A stretch of 63,989 nucleotides of DNA, filler included, from Phoronis australis (GCA_002633005.1; 7 parts of 7 records of this genome joined end to end with filler, not necessarily neighbours in it); one strand, 5' to 3'. Positions 13,933 through 26,500 are shown, numbered from the whole stretch's first letter. Made by a program: numbers and translations. Notes: generated by a model from the sequence alone, not told the origin.

Positions 13933-15126
13933 TCATGGTCTCTCACTAGTATGTGTTCTTGAGTGCTTGGCGAGTGCACCACGTTCAATGAATGACTTTC
14001 CACATACACTACACATGTACGGTCTTTCCCCAGTGTGTATTCTTGTGTGTGAAATGAGTGAGGCTTTCGCTGTAAATGCCTTTCCACACACATTACACTT
14101 GAATGGTCTCTCACCAGTGTGTGTTCTTGTGTGAAAAACAAGTCCACTCTTCTGTGAAAAAGCCTGTCCACAATCAAGACACTTGTATGGCCTCATGCCA
14201 GTATGTGTTCGACTGTGTGATGTAAGAGTATTTTTCTCTGAAAATGCCTTTCCGCACACAGTGCACTGATATGGTCTCTCACCAGTATGTGTTCTTGAGT
14301 GCACGGTAAGTCTACCGCTTTGAATGAAAGTCTTTCCGCAAACGGCACACTTGTATGGCCTCTCACCAGTGTGAATTCTTGTGTGAGAAATGAACCCACT
14401 GTTTTTTGAAAATGCTTTACCACACACAGTACACTTGTATGGCCTCTCACCGGTGTGGGTTCTAGCATGCGAAACAAGAGTTTTATTACTTGAAAACGCC
14501 TTTCCACACACAGTACACTTGTATGGCCTCTCACCAGTGTGGGTTCTTGCATGGGAAAAAAGAGTTTTGTTATTTGAAAATACCTTTTCACATATAATAC
14601 ACTTGAATGATCTCTCGTCAATGTGTGCTTTTGTGTGTGAAACAAGAGCACATCTCATGCTAAATGCCTTTCCGCATACAGTACACTTATATGGTTTCTC
14701 GCCCTTGTGTGTTCTTGTGTGCCTAACAAGTTGAACCTCATCCATACACAACACTCCACACACAGGACACATGTATTTTTCCTCATCTCTGAGTGTTTTT
14801 GTATGACCTGCACATGAACTGGTCTCACTAACCCCGGCATTACTTCCTCTTACAGTGTCTTCATCACACTCCAGTTTGAAATAAGTCGTTACGAATAAAT
14901 TGTCACCCACAGCATACCCAGCTCCATCACTATTCACTGCGTCTTCAGTCACTTCCTGTTTGATATAACATCTCTCTGCACTGTGAGTGTTTACACTGTC
15001 ATTATGGCTATTGCGATTCGTCAAGTCAGCAGCAGGTTCTTGTTTTAATGATGGGACAAAGCAATCTTCCTCATCCATGATATTATCTAGGGGCAAAGAT
15101 AGACACAAATTAGTATTAGGATTCAT
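13933..15126 (-). CDS. C2H2 (Kruppel-type) zinc-finger protein with 10 tandem fingers; probably a terminal exon starting at 15086
   Basis: 397-codon ORF with 10 CxxC-x12-HxxxH repeats, TGERPY linkers and an acidic N-terminal region with KQE motifs. A pyrimidine-rich acceptor (tttgcccctag) precedes 15086. Confidence 0.92.
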   Translation of the reverse strand: MNPNTNLCLSLPLDNIMDEEDCFVPSLKQEPAADLTNRNSHNDSVNTHSAERCYIKQEVTEDAVNSDGAGYAVGDNLFVTTYFKLECDEDTVRGSNAGVSETSSCAGHTKTLRDEEKYMCPVCGVLCMDEVQLVRHTRTHKGEKPYKCTVCGKAFSMRCALVSHTKAHIDERSFKCIICEKVFSNNKTLFSHARTHTGERPYKCTVCGKAFSSNKTLVSHARTHTGERPYKCTVCGKAFSKNSGFISHTRIHTGERPYKCAVCGKTFIQSGRLTVHSRTHTGERPYQCTVCGKAFSEKNTLTSHSRTHTGMRPYKCLDCGQAFSQKSGLVFHTRTHTGERPFKCNVCGKAFTAKASLISHTRIHTGERPYMCSVCGKSFIERGALAKHSRTHTSERP

Positions 15127-15314
15127 TTGGGCAAGAAAAATAAATTTTAATCAGATCGCATAAGAAATAGAACCAGTAGTGCGTATACAAAAAAGCAACA
15201 AGAGCAACACTGGGGCACTGGCATGCACCACATATCATTGCAGACTATATGTTTCTAAGGGCCAATGGGACATACTATAGTAGTCAAATCAGCCTGAAAA
15301 TCTGTTGTTGCCAG

Positions 15315-15965
15315 CCAACTATCACCAACAGCAGCACAATTAATTCTTTGATTGAAATATGTGACTTTAAGTTTCAAAACTTAAACTAGTATCCCGAGTA
15401 AATATTCTATGGTCCAACCAACCATTTGTTGGCATCTTCTGCAGTGCATTAAAAATGGCCAGAGTGTTAAATTTATACAAATTTGCAATCAATACCATTA
15501 TTCCGCTCTATACTATCCATTAAATTTTCCCCAAATTTCCAGTCTCTACTATTAGATTATTTTCCTAGAGGTAAAAATGTCAAGTCTACACTATTATTCC
15601 AGTCTCTACTACTATTAGAAATCGTGAAAATTTTCGTTCTATATTATTATTGCTGTCTTTACTACTATTCATTACTTTTGAGTACACCATGGCATCTGAA
15701 AGTTTCACTAAAATCTGATAACTTATTCCTTATTAAATATATGATTTTACTAAGTTGGCCACAGTCTGACATATTCCAGGGTCGCTTATGACCCTAAAAC
15801 AATTTCCATCAACACAGCACGTTTACGACAATCTCTTGACTGTGCAACCTTGTGTGCTGAACAAGCTAAAATTTCCCTGGAAACTTTACCCGGACTGCAA
15901 GGGTCCTCACCATCAACCAGCATGTGCTCTCGTCTACCTATGAAGACTGTGCCTTTGACTTAAAA
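15315..15965 (-). pseudogene. Diverged tandem copy of the ZNF 3' region (dead paralog)
   Basis: 15755-15965 aligns by eye with 13525-13730 (e.g. aaatttccctggaaactttacccggactgcaagggtcctcac vs aaatttccttggaaacattacccagactgcatgggtccttac). Weaker similarity between 15315-15450 and 13270-13515. Confidence 0.65.
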
Positions 15966-17416
15966 AACAAGTTCCATGTGATGACTCAGTGTTTACTAGG
16001 ATGTAAAATATGTTAAAATGGAGTCATCATTGCCTACAGGGTAATCCTCACAAAATGCATTAGCAAAAACTTCACAAAAAACGCACTTGTCACAATCTGA
16101 AGCCCAGTAATACCCTGCCATTTACATCTGCGGCTAAGTTGAATGTGAGATTCATTCAGATGTCATGGGTACACACTAACAATATCCACTGGTCGGTACT
16201 GCTGTTTGCGCATGAAGTCCCGGCAGACAATTGTGACTTGGAAATGCCCTCAAGTAATAGCCTTTGGTGATGGGTGTCTCATTTTTTATTGCAAAAGAAA
16301 GCAAATGTAAAAAATAGCTACTGTATTAATTGCAAACGACGGCCACAACCTGTCTTTCAACAGACTAGTTTTGAGATGTCAAGGAATTATCAAGCCTTTG
16401 TTTCCGTGGCTGAGTATGTGCGCAACCGCCTGAGACATGTGCCAATCAAATGCTGCTGCCAATGTTTGATGTACCTTACTCCAGCCATCCATGTGTGAAT
16501 ACTTGCGCCTGCACACCACACCAAACGAGAACAGGGACAGCGCTAAAAACAGTACACCAGCTTGGTTCTATCAAGCACCTGGGTGTTTATTTGGCGATGA
16601 AGTCAAGACCAATGGCGGTTAGAAGACCCGGTGGTCTCAGATGTTCCCGAATCTGATGTTCTCCTGTTCCGATTTTCCGTCTTGATATTACCCAGGCTGG
16701 ATGTTTCATGCTGGTAGCCAGCTATTGCAACTAAATGGGTGGCACAAAATTATAGTTTGCAAACATTTTACTCTTCCTACTTGTGTTCGGCAATTTTCTC
16801 AGTCAGACAAAACAATAGGACGAAAGTTGATAAATGCATCATTTTCGTAATTATCATTTCTTCACAACTGATAAAAATATTCTCTGATTGCACACCCGTC
16901 ATCACATGTCAAATCGAATTGTCCCTTTTGCTTTGCTCACCCTTGAAGGACCTTACCAGAGAATGGCAATCTTGAATGGTAATAGAGTGTGTGACTAGTC
17001 AGTTGAAGACTTGCCATGTTTGCATTCTTTGATTTGTAACAATTAAGTTATTCACTGAAAACTGTATAAAGTGCACCACCATCTCAACAGGCTATACAGA
17101 CGCTGGCCATGCCATAGGCTCTCCATACGCTGGAAGCTTTTCTACGAATTATGCCCCACACTCATGAAACCATCAAGTCATGTTGCTATATGTATCTTTT
17201 GCACAAACAGGTACACCTCAGGTGGCCGTTGATGTCTTTAATTTCTTCCAACTCGAGCAACCAAAGAAGTACATTCATTCACTTGATGACGGTTTGCATC
17301 TTGATCGTCATTTTTGTGTGGCATGGCCAGTATTGATAAGCAAAAATCACAGGTGCTCATGTGTTTTTCACCTCATCACTGGTGAGCTCACCAAGATCGT
17401 GACTTATCGTCACAAG

Positions 17417-17662
17417 CTTCCCCATGTACCCTGGGCCTCCCCAAGTAACCTGGGCCTCCCCATGTACCTTGGGCCTCCCCATTTAACCTGGGCCTCCCCA
17501 TGTACCCTGGGCCTCCCCAAGTACCCTGGACCTCCCCATGTACCCTAGGCCTCCCCAAGTACCCTAGGCCTCCCCAAGTACCCTGGGCCTCCCCGTGTAC
17601 CCCAGGCCTCCCCATGTAACCTGGGCTTCCTCATGTACCCTGAGTCTCCCCATGTACCCTGG
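17417..17662. repeat. 19-bp minisatellite (cctccccatgtaccctggg), ~13 copies
   Basis: Directly visible tandem array. Confidence 0.95.
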
Positions 17663-18074
17663 AACCAATGTTGCTGTTTTTAGTTGATGTAAGCATTCTT
17701 GTGACGTGAGCTGCCAAACAAGCATGGGTATTAATGAACTTTTGGAAACTTGAGTTGGTGAAGACGTATTGACATTGAATGTTAACAACTGTATTAAGAA
17801 AATCTGGAGTTACTGATAATTTAACTTATTCTTGCTGACGTCAAGAAATTAATTACTGAACGCATTATAGTATCAGATACTATCTGAGACAGGCATGATT
17901 TAAGTTGTTCTGGAAGTGGCTGGTGGGAGGCTATATTAGTGGATAGCAGTTGTAAACTTTTCTTTTTATTCTAGTAAAACGTCGAGCGGCTGATAAAGGT
18001 GCATTTAGTTTAATCAGTGTGAGGCATATGTCAGAGAAAATTTTCGGGTGTATGGCGGGTCTGGCTCACAGGGG

Positions 18075-18460
18075 CTACTTACATTCATCTTTTCATTTAC
18101 TCTTCATAAGATATAAGGGACTGTAGCCTGTAACCCTCATTCACACAATACTGGATTGATTTCCTGCATGCCTCATTTAATCTCGTCACTACATGTCGCG
18201 TTTTTCGAAATCATAGTGTCGGTCTTACTACCATGGATTGCTTCCATTGGCCCCCAGTGGAAGGTCAGAAAGTAGCCAATCAAAGCAATCCAAAGTCATA
18301 AGACCAGCGCTATGATCTTGAGAACTGCGATACATAGCACTTGACGAGACTGAACAAGATTTTTAAGAAGGTGATCCAACATGGTGTGTAAATAAAGGTT
18401 ATAGATTCTTTATCTCTTATGAAGAATAAATGAAAACATAAGATGAAATAAGCATCCGTG
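18075..18460. mobile_element. Fold-back (palindromic) MITE-like element
   Basis: Imperfect inverted arms around about 18263 (ggattgcttccattggc / gccaatcaaagcaatcc; tcatttactcttcataag / cttatgaagaataaatga). Confidence 0.65.
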
Positions 18461-18479
18461 GTCTGGCTATGGCCGCAGG

Positions 18480-19030
18480 TTTCACTTCAAGGTCAAGTAC
18501 AGATGTGGCCTTTTCCTCAACTCTGACAAGTTCAGGCACAACTTTAGTAATGTCTCTCCAAACTGTAAATGTGGTGACCATCAATCTTATCCTCATATTT
18601 TCTTAAAATGTCCCCTCATCGAATACCTGAGAGACTCACTCTTTCGTGCACTCAATGAAAACCAATCAATTGTTAACGCTCTCAATTCTAGTAATAATAT
18701 CCCTACTAGAGTTACATTATTACTGAATGGTAGTCCTAACCTTGACTTCGTTCTCAACGAATTCCTCCTAAGCAACGTTAGTAAATTTTTATGTACCGTT
18801 TATCAATATTATTGCATCTGATTTCCCTACATATTTTTGTTTTTTTATATCTGTAATTACATATCTAAGTATTGGAATACTTATTTTAGATACTACTTAA
18901 TTGTATATACCTCTATGTATATTAGTTTCATTTATGAATTGTTTACAACCCAAATATAATGCTTCGCGGTTTCTGGGTTTGTTATTATTTCTATGCATGT
19001 TCTGTGTATTCTTCAATAAATATATATCAT
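18480..19030 (+). mobile_element. 5'-truncated CR1-type LINE 3' end
   Basis: LNSDKFRHNFSNVSPNCKCGDHQSYPHIFLKCP...LLLNGSPNL...N...VSKFL (C-terminal Cys/His motif), followed by AATAAA at about 19015. Confidence 0.7.
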
Positions 19031-19756
19031 TTAAGTACAGTACGGAATTTTCTGATGAGTTTCACATGGACGGCAATTGCCGGTTCATCACGGAAGGTTA
19101 CGAAATGGTCTGGCCAAGTGTGGAGTTACTGACGTCGTGACCTTCCGTGGCAAATCGGCAATTTCCGTGGGACACTGGCGACAGCATGCATCGGCTTTCT
19201 GAGAAGATTTTTGTGCTTTGAACGCGAATTTGTTGCAAACTCACTGAAGCAGGACACTGTTAATGCTATCAAAAGAAAGAACAATTGCTCATGGTTTGTT
19301 GAACCTCTTTTTGTGAAAAATTCTTGAGTTAATGTGTTTGATAGGGACGGCTGAGGTGAAGCACTGGTCTAATCCCTAGTTAAGAGTGTCATATCTTGTA
19401 AAATATATTATACTGTATTTGGGGACAACCAGAAGCTGAGGACGCCTGTGCGGCCATGACCACGCCATGGGATGGCCACCGTCTCTACTACCAGTTGGGA
19501 CAGTGGTATAGTCAATTCAATGCCAAGACAATTGCTAAAAAGCAAGACTGTAAGATACTGCCGTGTATTTTCAAAGATATAACATGATTTTGGAAAGACT
19601 TTTCTCGCAGCGAGTCAGCTAAGTATCAAATTCCATCATGCCTCCCGTTCAGTAACGCTAGGACCTACTAAAAAGCGAGAATTTGCAAATTACCTGAGAT
19701 ATTGCCGTGAATTTTAAATGAGGTCACGTAACTTTGGATAGATCTTAGCATTTGTC

Positions 19757-20327
19757 CCACAGGCATCCTCAGCTTCTGTTCGTCCCCAATACACTATTAT
19801 ATACAAGGTATGACACTCCGGACTAGAAATTCCACAGGTGCTTCACTTCAGCCGTCCATAGCAAACACAAAACTCTATTAACCCAAAACAGAAGTTCAAC
19901 AAACCACGAGGAATTGTTCTTTCTCCCAATACCATTTACGGTGTCCTGCTCAACCGAGTTTGCAAGAAATCCATGGTCAAAGCACAAAAATCTTCTCAAA
20001 AAGCCCGTCTGCAGCAAGTCCCACATGAGTCCGTACGGAATTATCCGATCAGTCACGGATGAACGGCAATTGCCAATTTGTCACGGAAGGTTACACAATG
20101 AAAATCTTTGACGCAATCCGTAAATGGTATTGGGAGAAAGAACAGTTCCTCATGGTTTGTTGGAACTTCTATTTTGGCCCGGGTTAATTTGTAATTATAG
20201 AGTTTTGTGTTTGCTATGGACGGCTGAATTCGAAGTGAAGCACCCGTGGAATTTCTAGTCCGGAGTGTCATACCTTGTTGTATTATATAATGTATTGGGG
20301 ACGATCAGAAGCTGAGGATGCCTGTGG
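19757..20327. mobile_element. MITE with ~190-bp TIRs (CCACAGGCATCCTCAGCTTCTG termini); partial tandem copy at 19040-19450
   Basis: 19757-19941 is the reverse complement of 20118-20327; the right half recurs at 19040-19450. Confidence 0.75.
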
Positions 20328-20716
20328 CAGGTCCTAGGCTAGGACCTAGGCTGGGGTTACTGAACGCACGCCATTTTCAAGAGGCGATCATCTGCCGGCA
20401 GCACAACGATTTGCACTACAAACAAGTACTCACCTGGGATTATGATGAATATTGAGAGTTCAGACGATGTTTTATTTCAATTCTATCCCCGCATCAACAT
20501 AGACTATAGTACGCAGCTCCAACTCTAGTTTCCCAATGCAAAAAGCTGTGATAATTCGCACAAGCCACGACCACAATGAGAGAGTCACTCTGGCGGCGCC
20601 TGGTGGCAAAACGGTAACGCTTGATGGCTGAGCGTGAACTACTCAACACTTGGAATCTTGCTTATCTCAAGATCGCGTATGGCGATTTTATTCATCAAGC
20701 AATAATTGATTTAACC

Positions 20717-21685
20717 CACAGGCGGATTTAAGGGGGGGGGGAGTCCAGGGGCCCCGCCTCCACCCCTTGGCTACCACAAAAAAAAATAAAACAGCAAGAG
20801 CGTAGAGAAACGTTTGAGTTTATTAATTAACCGGTAATTAACATTATACAAGATTTAAATGTGTGCAGTTTTAGTGTTTTTTGGGGAGGGGGGCTCAGTT
20901 CCAATTTCAAGTGTCAAATTCGGAACACGGCGCAATCGTAAGGGAACTATGGCTAAGTATAGGCTCTCCCGCGATATCCGTTTCCGTCGTCTGCTTTACT
21001 GTGCAATAAAGAAAATTACTTCATTTTTTTAACGAAAATGGAATCTGAGTGACAATGAAAAAACAGAAACTGTTGGTAAGATGTGAATTTTAATCGAAGC
21101 CTTAGTTAATCACCCAGAAACTCATAATTCTCTCTTTGTCAAACCTGAGTTAAGACGATTTCCAAAGCACTTGCGTCAGTCATTAATGCCAACACAAGAA
21201 AACGGATTTGGTCTTTTGGGAAATTGAAGACTATTTTAAATACAACAAATTTGTTACGAACTGATTGCACAAAGTATAAAAAATATAATAACCATTACAA
21301 AAAGAAGTACATGTAGGTTTCGCGCGCAAACGCTGTGGACCATAAACAAGGTGAGTAGGTCTCTGCCTGAGCCTGAACCAAATTACGCCGAGTGGAATCG
21401 TAGTGGTGTAGTCACCGGTTAAAGCACGCGCGCTCTATCCGCCAGGTCGTGAGTTCGAGTCTATGATACCTGCAGTTTTCAACTTTGACACGTTTTCCGT
21501 GTTTTTTTCTTGGATAATACTTCAGGAATCAAGGAAAATTCTCGATTTTTAGAGGAAAAAACAGAAAAATTTTCCTGGGTGGGAGGGGGATTTGCCCCCC
21601 ATTCGGTGCTATGCGCATCTACAATCGTGCTTTGCGCAATGTTTACAGACAAAATGTTGGACCCCCTCCGTCCTTGTTATATCCT
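20717..21685. mobile_element. Second copy (opposite orientation) of the 60060-61013 MITE
   Basis: Collinear reverse-complement similarity along its length; right end cut by the gap. Confidence 0.75.
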
Positions 21686-21949
21686 NNNNNNNNNNNNNNN
21701 NNNNNNNNNNNNNNNNNNNNNNNNNNNNNTTAATTAATTAANNNNNNNNNNNNNNNNNNNNNNNNNNNNNNNNNNNNNNNNNNNNTACATTTTTCCTCAT
21801 GAGAAAAGCTTTTAGACCTTTGTCGTAAATGTCTGCACTGATTCTACTGGTGTATGCCATTCTATACCCACGTGATCAAGGTTTCATTGAAGCACTTCAA
21901 TAGTTTCTTTGTTGGGTTTACCCAGCTCGACACAGTTGGGTGCCTTTGA

Positions 21950-22121
21950 TACTTTAAACCTGGTTCTACTGAACCAGCTCCCTGGTCTAGCAAAACCAGG
22001 CTTTCAGACTCTTAAACCATGTTGGTGAAATGCAAGTTAGGTCTAAAATTAGACCAGGTTTAGGAAGACCAGGTTTAAGTCTTAAACCTGGTTTTGTTAA
22101 ACCACCTTTATGAAATCGGCT
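21950..22121. mobile_element. Harbinger-like element right end
   Basis: Clustered aaacctgg/ccaggttt subterminal repeats ending in tttatgaaatcggct. Confidence 0.45.
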
Positions 22122-22797
22122 GATAGAGTTGGCACCAATTTGACATAACCAGTCGTAAAGTCTTCGTAATGGCATGGTCTGTCATTTCTGCCTAACGGAG
22201 TGGGAGTTGAGGCTGCACTTCACGTTATGTACAAAGAGTAATTTTATTGGGGCAGTTCTGAACCGGACACTTAAACTAAATTATTGCCAATATGAAGTCA
22301 TATGCATTTGTCATGTTTTAGCTCTGGGTTACCTGAAAGGAGATTGTGTGTGTATCTGTTTCTGCTGTAGACATTCGATTAGAGAACACATGGTTACGAA
22401 TTCAATAGCAATTTTGTTTGTCTAATTATTTTCGTTAATTCTAGCAGTGTTTTAGATGTTTGTCCATAGGCCAATTGTAATAACAATAATCTGAAATTGG
22501 ACCCCTAAACAACAAAATGCGCCAGAAAATGTTTGCTAATCTGAATATCCTATGATGAATTGGGTGTTTTTGTAAATTTTGGCGTAGGTTGGTGATGTTC
22601 AGTCATTTCTATGTCATTTGCCCCCAATGCCAACCACCTGAAACCCAGACTAAAGCAATGTAAGTGGGACCCCCGAATTGCACCCTTTTGAGGCAGCTCA
22701 AATTATTAGGCCCTGGCTGGTTATTCTTGGTGTCCCGAGAAACTTTTAACCGGAACTGGTTGCACTGATCTTTGTAAATGTGTTTTCGCCCCTTCAG

Positions 22798-25700
22798 CAA
22801 CCAGAAAGTGGTTCAAAGAATCCTGTGAAAAAAAATCCACCTGCAGCAGCCTCAAGTTCTTCAACTGGAATTCAGTCCACCAATGGTACAATGCAGGTAA
22901 AATCTAATACTGTCTGTTGTTAGTCAATGCAGCGACTGTCAAACTAATTAAAGTGACGAAACAAGAAACTATGAAATACATACTCATAGTCCTGGACATC
23001 ACTCAGTTTGGGGTGACTGCGCAAAACATCGGGCAAAAGTGGGAGCGTGACGTATATCACGGATTTTTGACGCAAAGCTCAACAAAAACACCAAGATGGT
23101 ATGATTAATAACTGAAATGTTTTTAATTTAAAAAAATGTAGCTGCTTTAAAATTGACCCTGTTTCATTTTGGAGATAAATTTTATCGGTGATTATGACTT
23201 TTTGGCAAAGGTTAGACCACTGTCGTGAAGTAGAACACAATTACTTGACGTTCCTAGCGTGAATCTTTCTATATTAAGTTAGTCAAATTACGCAAAAATA
23301 TTAATCGGAGTCCCTCATCTTGAGCAGGTTTTAACCTTAGATCTTGTGGTGTTATCACGCTCAGAGTGTAGGCAACATTCAAGACCATGTTTGCGAAGTA
23401 CGCAACATTGCTTAGAAAAAACACTACATGTAAAAGAGTGTTACTTGGTGTGTCAGTTGTTGTAAAGATTTCCGTGAATCGTAATCTGTGCGCTCTGTGG
23501 CCACTTACTAAACATAACCGCAGTCCCTTAGTATCTGATGGACTGCAGACGATGCGGTAACCGTATTCTTTTTAGTAAAACAACTAAAATTATTAGTTGG
23601 TGAACGAAATTAAAATAAGTAGATCGCTTGGATATTAGCCTTGTGCTGTATACAACATTTGCACCATTCTTGCGAAAACACGCAGTACCACCTGGTGTTG
23701 GGTTTTAGTGTGTCCTCTTGTGCTTTAAATCCCCGCTGTTATTTGGCGCAGCACCGTGCTCAGACATAACATCTCTCTGAGGAATGTAAGCTAGTTTTCG
23801 CTTGGTGAGACGACATAAAATTGACCAAAGTCAAATTATTTAATGTTCATGTACGACGCCTATAACAACGGTTGTGATTTTTTTAACTTCAAAGTTTTGA
23901 AAATCGTCAGGTCGCACGACTCGTCAAACTGCTTATTCACCCCCGTTTGGAAAATAGGGTCAAGTGCGTGCACGAGAATTTGGGTTGTGAAAGAAAAAAA
24001 GGTGGATCCACGGAAATGAAAGTGCGGCTGAAATTCTAAAAGCTGTTTATATCATTCTGTACATGTATTTTGTTATATTGAGTTTTGCCCAGTATTTTGA
24101 CGAGATCTCCAAGTCGTTAATTTTGGCTTGTGGTGCATCAACCTAGGCAGTGATGTATTTGCATTTGTTCACATATATACCTTTACAAAAAATTACATAT
24201 ATTCATATACATATATTTTTCCTAAAGACTTATTAAACCTGCAACATGGCTAAGGCTCTGGCGACTAACTTGTAACGAGTAGCTTGATTTTTTGTTTCTT
24301 ATCAAGAGACTCTTGACTTGGAGTTGAAGGAAAATTTACTGCACCAAATTCGAAATTGGTGAAAATCCACGATAAGATTTAATGTTTGAGCCACAAAAAT
24401 GGATTACCTGAATGATGTTTATGTTTGATAAGCATGCATTCCATTAGAGTACAGTTGGTAATGAATTTAATTTGATAATTACAAAACATGGCTGTCCAGA
24501 TTTCAGTTCATATGCAAACCTTAATTAGAACATTGTTTTTGCTTTTTAGCAAAATGCAAGTCAAGGAGACAAACCTGTTGATTCTCAATCCAGCACACAG
24601 TCAAGTATGGACACTGCAGACGATGACTGGCAACTTGTTCAAAGTCGGGTTAGTCGCGCCTGACATGACATTCATGCCGTTTTCTGGAGTGCTTGATTGT
24701 TGTTGGCAGGGCTATTCAGGATTAAGCGTGGATGGGATTGGACCATCGACCGTTTCGTGCACGTATTGTCATGTAAAACATGTTCCAGTGACGCGGCATG
24801 ACCCACAACACCTTCAGCAGTCACATACCACTCTTAAATCTTAGTTTTCACTACTTATCAGCAAAAATTACAGAAATTGAGGGTGACGGCGTCACGCAAG
24901 GCTTTTCGGTCCCAGCAGCACTCAGACATGATTTTTATGCGCCCAAATATTTATATGTGGGTGCATATTACCGTCATCTCTGTCAGGGCGTCCGGCATCC
25001 GCGGCTGTATCTCCTAAAGCTCTTGCAGGATGTTACTAAAATTTGGCAGGTGTGTTTCCATGCAGGCACCTCGTTTTAGAGGCTGGGTCCTCGCATGGTT
25101 TCCGTGAGGTTGATTACAGGTGACGACGAGCTTCGGACCTACCCGAATACTGCTGTACCACCTTGTTTGAATTTTAATTTTTTGCGTTTGCCTCTGTATC
25201 TTCGTAGTTCCTTGACGGATTTTCATGAAATTGGTCAAATAGCTTTTTGATACCGAGGCAATGATGCCATTCCATTTTCAGAAGGATGCAACGAATTTTG
25301 GGCCACCTTGTGGGCATTTTTGTTATTTTTGCTTCCCTTTCCTGGCGTCCGCCTCTCTTTCTGCCATATCGCTCAAAGGGTCATTATAAAAAATTACCGA
25401 TGTGTTGCTTATGAGAAGACTACGACTGATGCTGACTTTCGGATGGGCCCGACTCTTGTGTTACACCCTATTGGCGATTTTGTTTTTTTTTGCATTTGCG
25501 GCCCAATATCCTTAACCCTTTGATGCAGCTTTGTAAAATTCGAAAGATGTATTCCTATGGAGCCATCGACAAACGTTAACGAGTGTTGAACTGATCTAGA
25601 TTCCACTGTGCCACCTAGTGGCAATTTTTTACGTTTAGTTATGTACCTTCGGAGTTCATGAATGTATTTTCATGAAAATCAGCAAATCTATTACGGAGAC

Positions 25701-26500
25701 GACAACGCCTTCCCATTTAACTCTGCAGAAGAATCTTCCTCAAAAGTTAACGCGACATCACTCGGCGAGGTAATATCGATCGTATACGTGATGTGGATAT
25801 AGACCGATTAAGACCGTAAAAAGGACTAATTAAATCGGTTGCATTTCCTTTAACCCTTTGAAGCAGCTTTTTAAAATTCGAAAGATGTATTCCTGTGGAG
25901 CCGTCGACAAACGGTAAGGAGTGTCGAACTGATCTAGACTCCACTGTGCCCCCTAGCGGTTGCAAATAGGGACGACAACGCCTTGCCATTTTCGGACAGA
26001 TCTGATATTTTCTGTGCCACGGAGTGGCTATGTTTTTTATTTTTGCATTTGTTTTCTGACATCGCCACCATCTCAGTTCGGATAGATTTGACACATCATG
26101 CGCCCTTTAATGATTCTAAAAACACCCATAGGTGGTGCTATGGTGGGTGCATTTACATTTTCCTCGTTGCTGGTATTGTATGCATTGCTGTTGATTTGTT
26201 TTTAAGGCCAAGAAGAAAAAAGAAAAGTCTAGCGCTCGGTCAAGTGTGTCTTCTTCCCAACAGTTGAACAAATCTACAGGGGAAATGGTGAGTTGTATTT
26301 GAATCTTATTAAATGTGTTTGGATTCCAAGTACATAACGATTTCTTCGAAACTGCTGTGAACTGACTTTTGTTTCACTTGCAGGTTTGGAAAAAAAGCAA
26401 AAAGAAGATGAAAAAAATCAATCTCCTCCAATTACTTAATTGGTATTTGGGTCATGTCACATACGTTTTACAAAATCGAATTACTGCTTGGTGCAATTGA
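22798..26500 (+). CDS. Putative spliced gene fragment encoding a low-complexity Ser/Gln/Lys-rich protein (4 exons)
   Basis: Exons 22798-22896, 24550-24648, 26207-26287 and 26384-26500 have pyrimidine-tract AG acceptors and GT donors (gtaaaa, gttagt, gtgagt), all in phase 0. They join into QPESGSKNP...TMQ/QNASQ...DDDWQLVQSR/AKKKKEKSS...GEM/VWKKSKK...; a CTGAC branch site lies near 26362. Confidence 0.5.
24931..26110 (-). mobile_element. HINE-like element, same family, with multiple core repeats
   Basis: Reverse-complement terminal hairpin at 24937-24965; near-duplicated cores at 25511-25622 and 25848-25960. Confidence 0.7.

Noticed and set aside
13899-14840. Alternative-frame and antisense ORFs over the ZNF exon
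   Set aside because: Shadow ORFs typical of repetitive C2H2 coding sequence.
17180-17788. Pro/Gly-rich ORFs
   Set aside because: Translations of the 19-bp minisatellite.
21398-21465. Functional tRNA gene
   Set aside because: A and B boxes are present, but no convincing acceptor or anticodon stems; it is embedded in a repeat, so treated as tRNA-derived.
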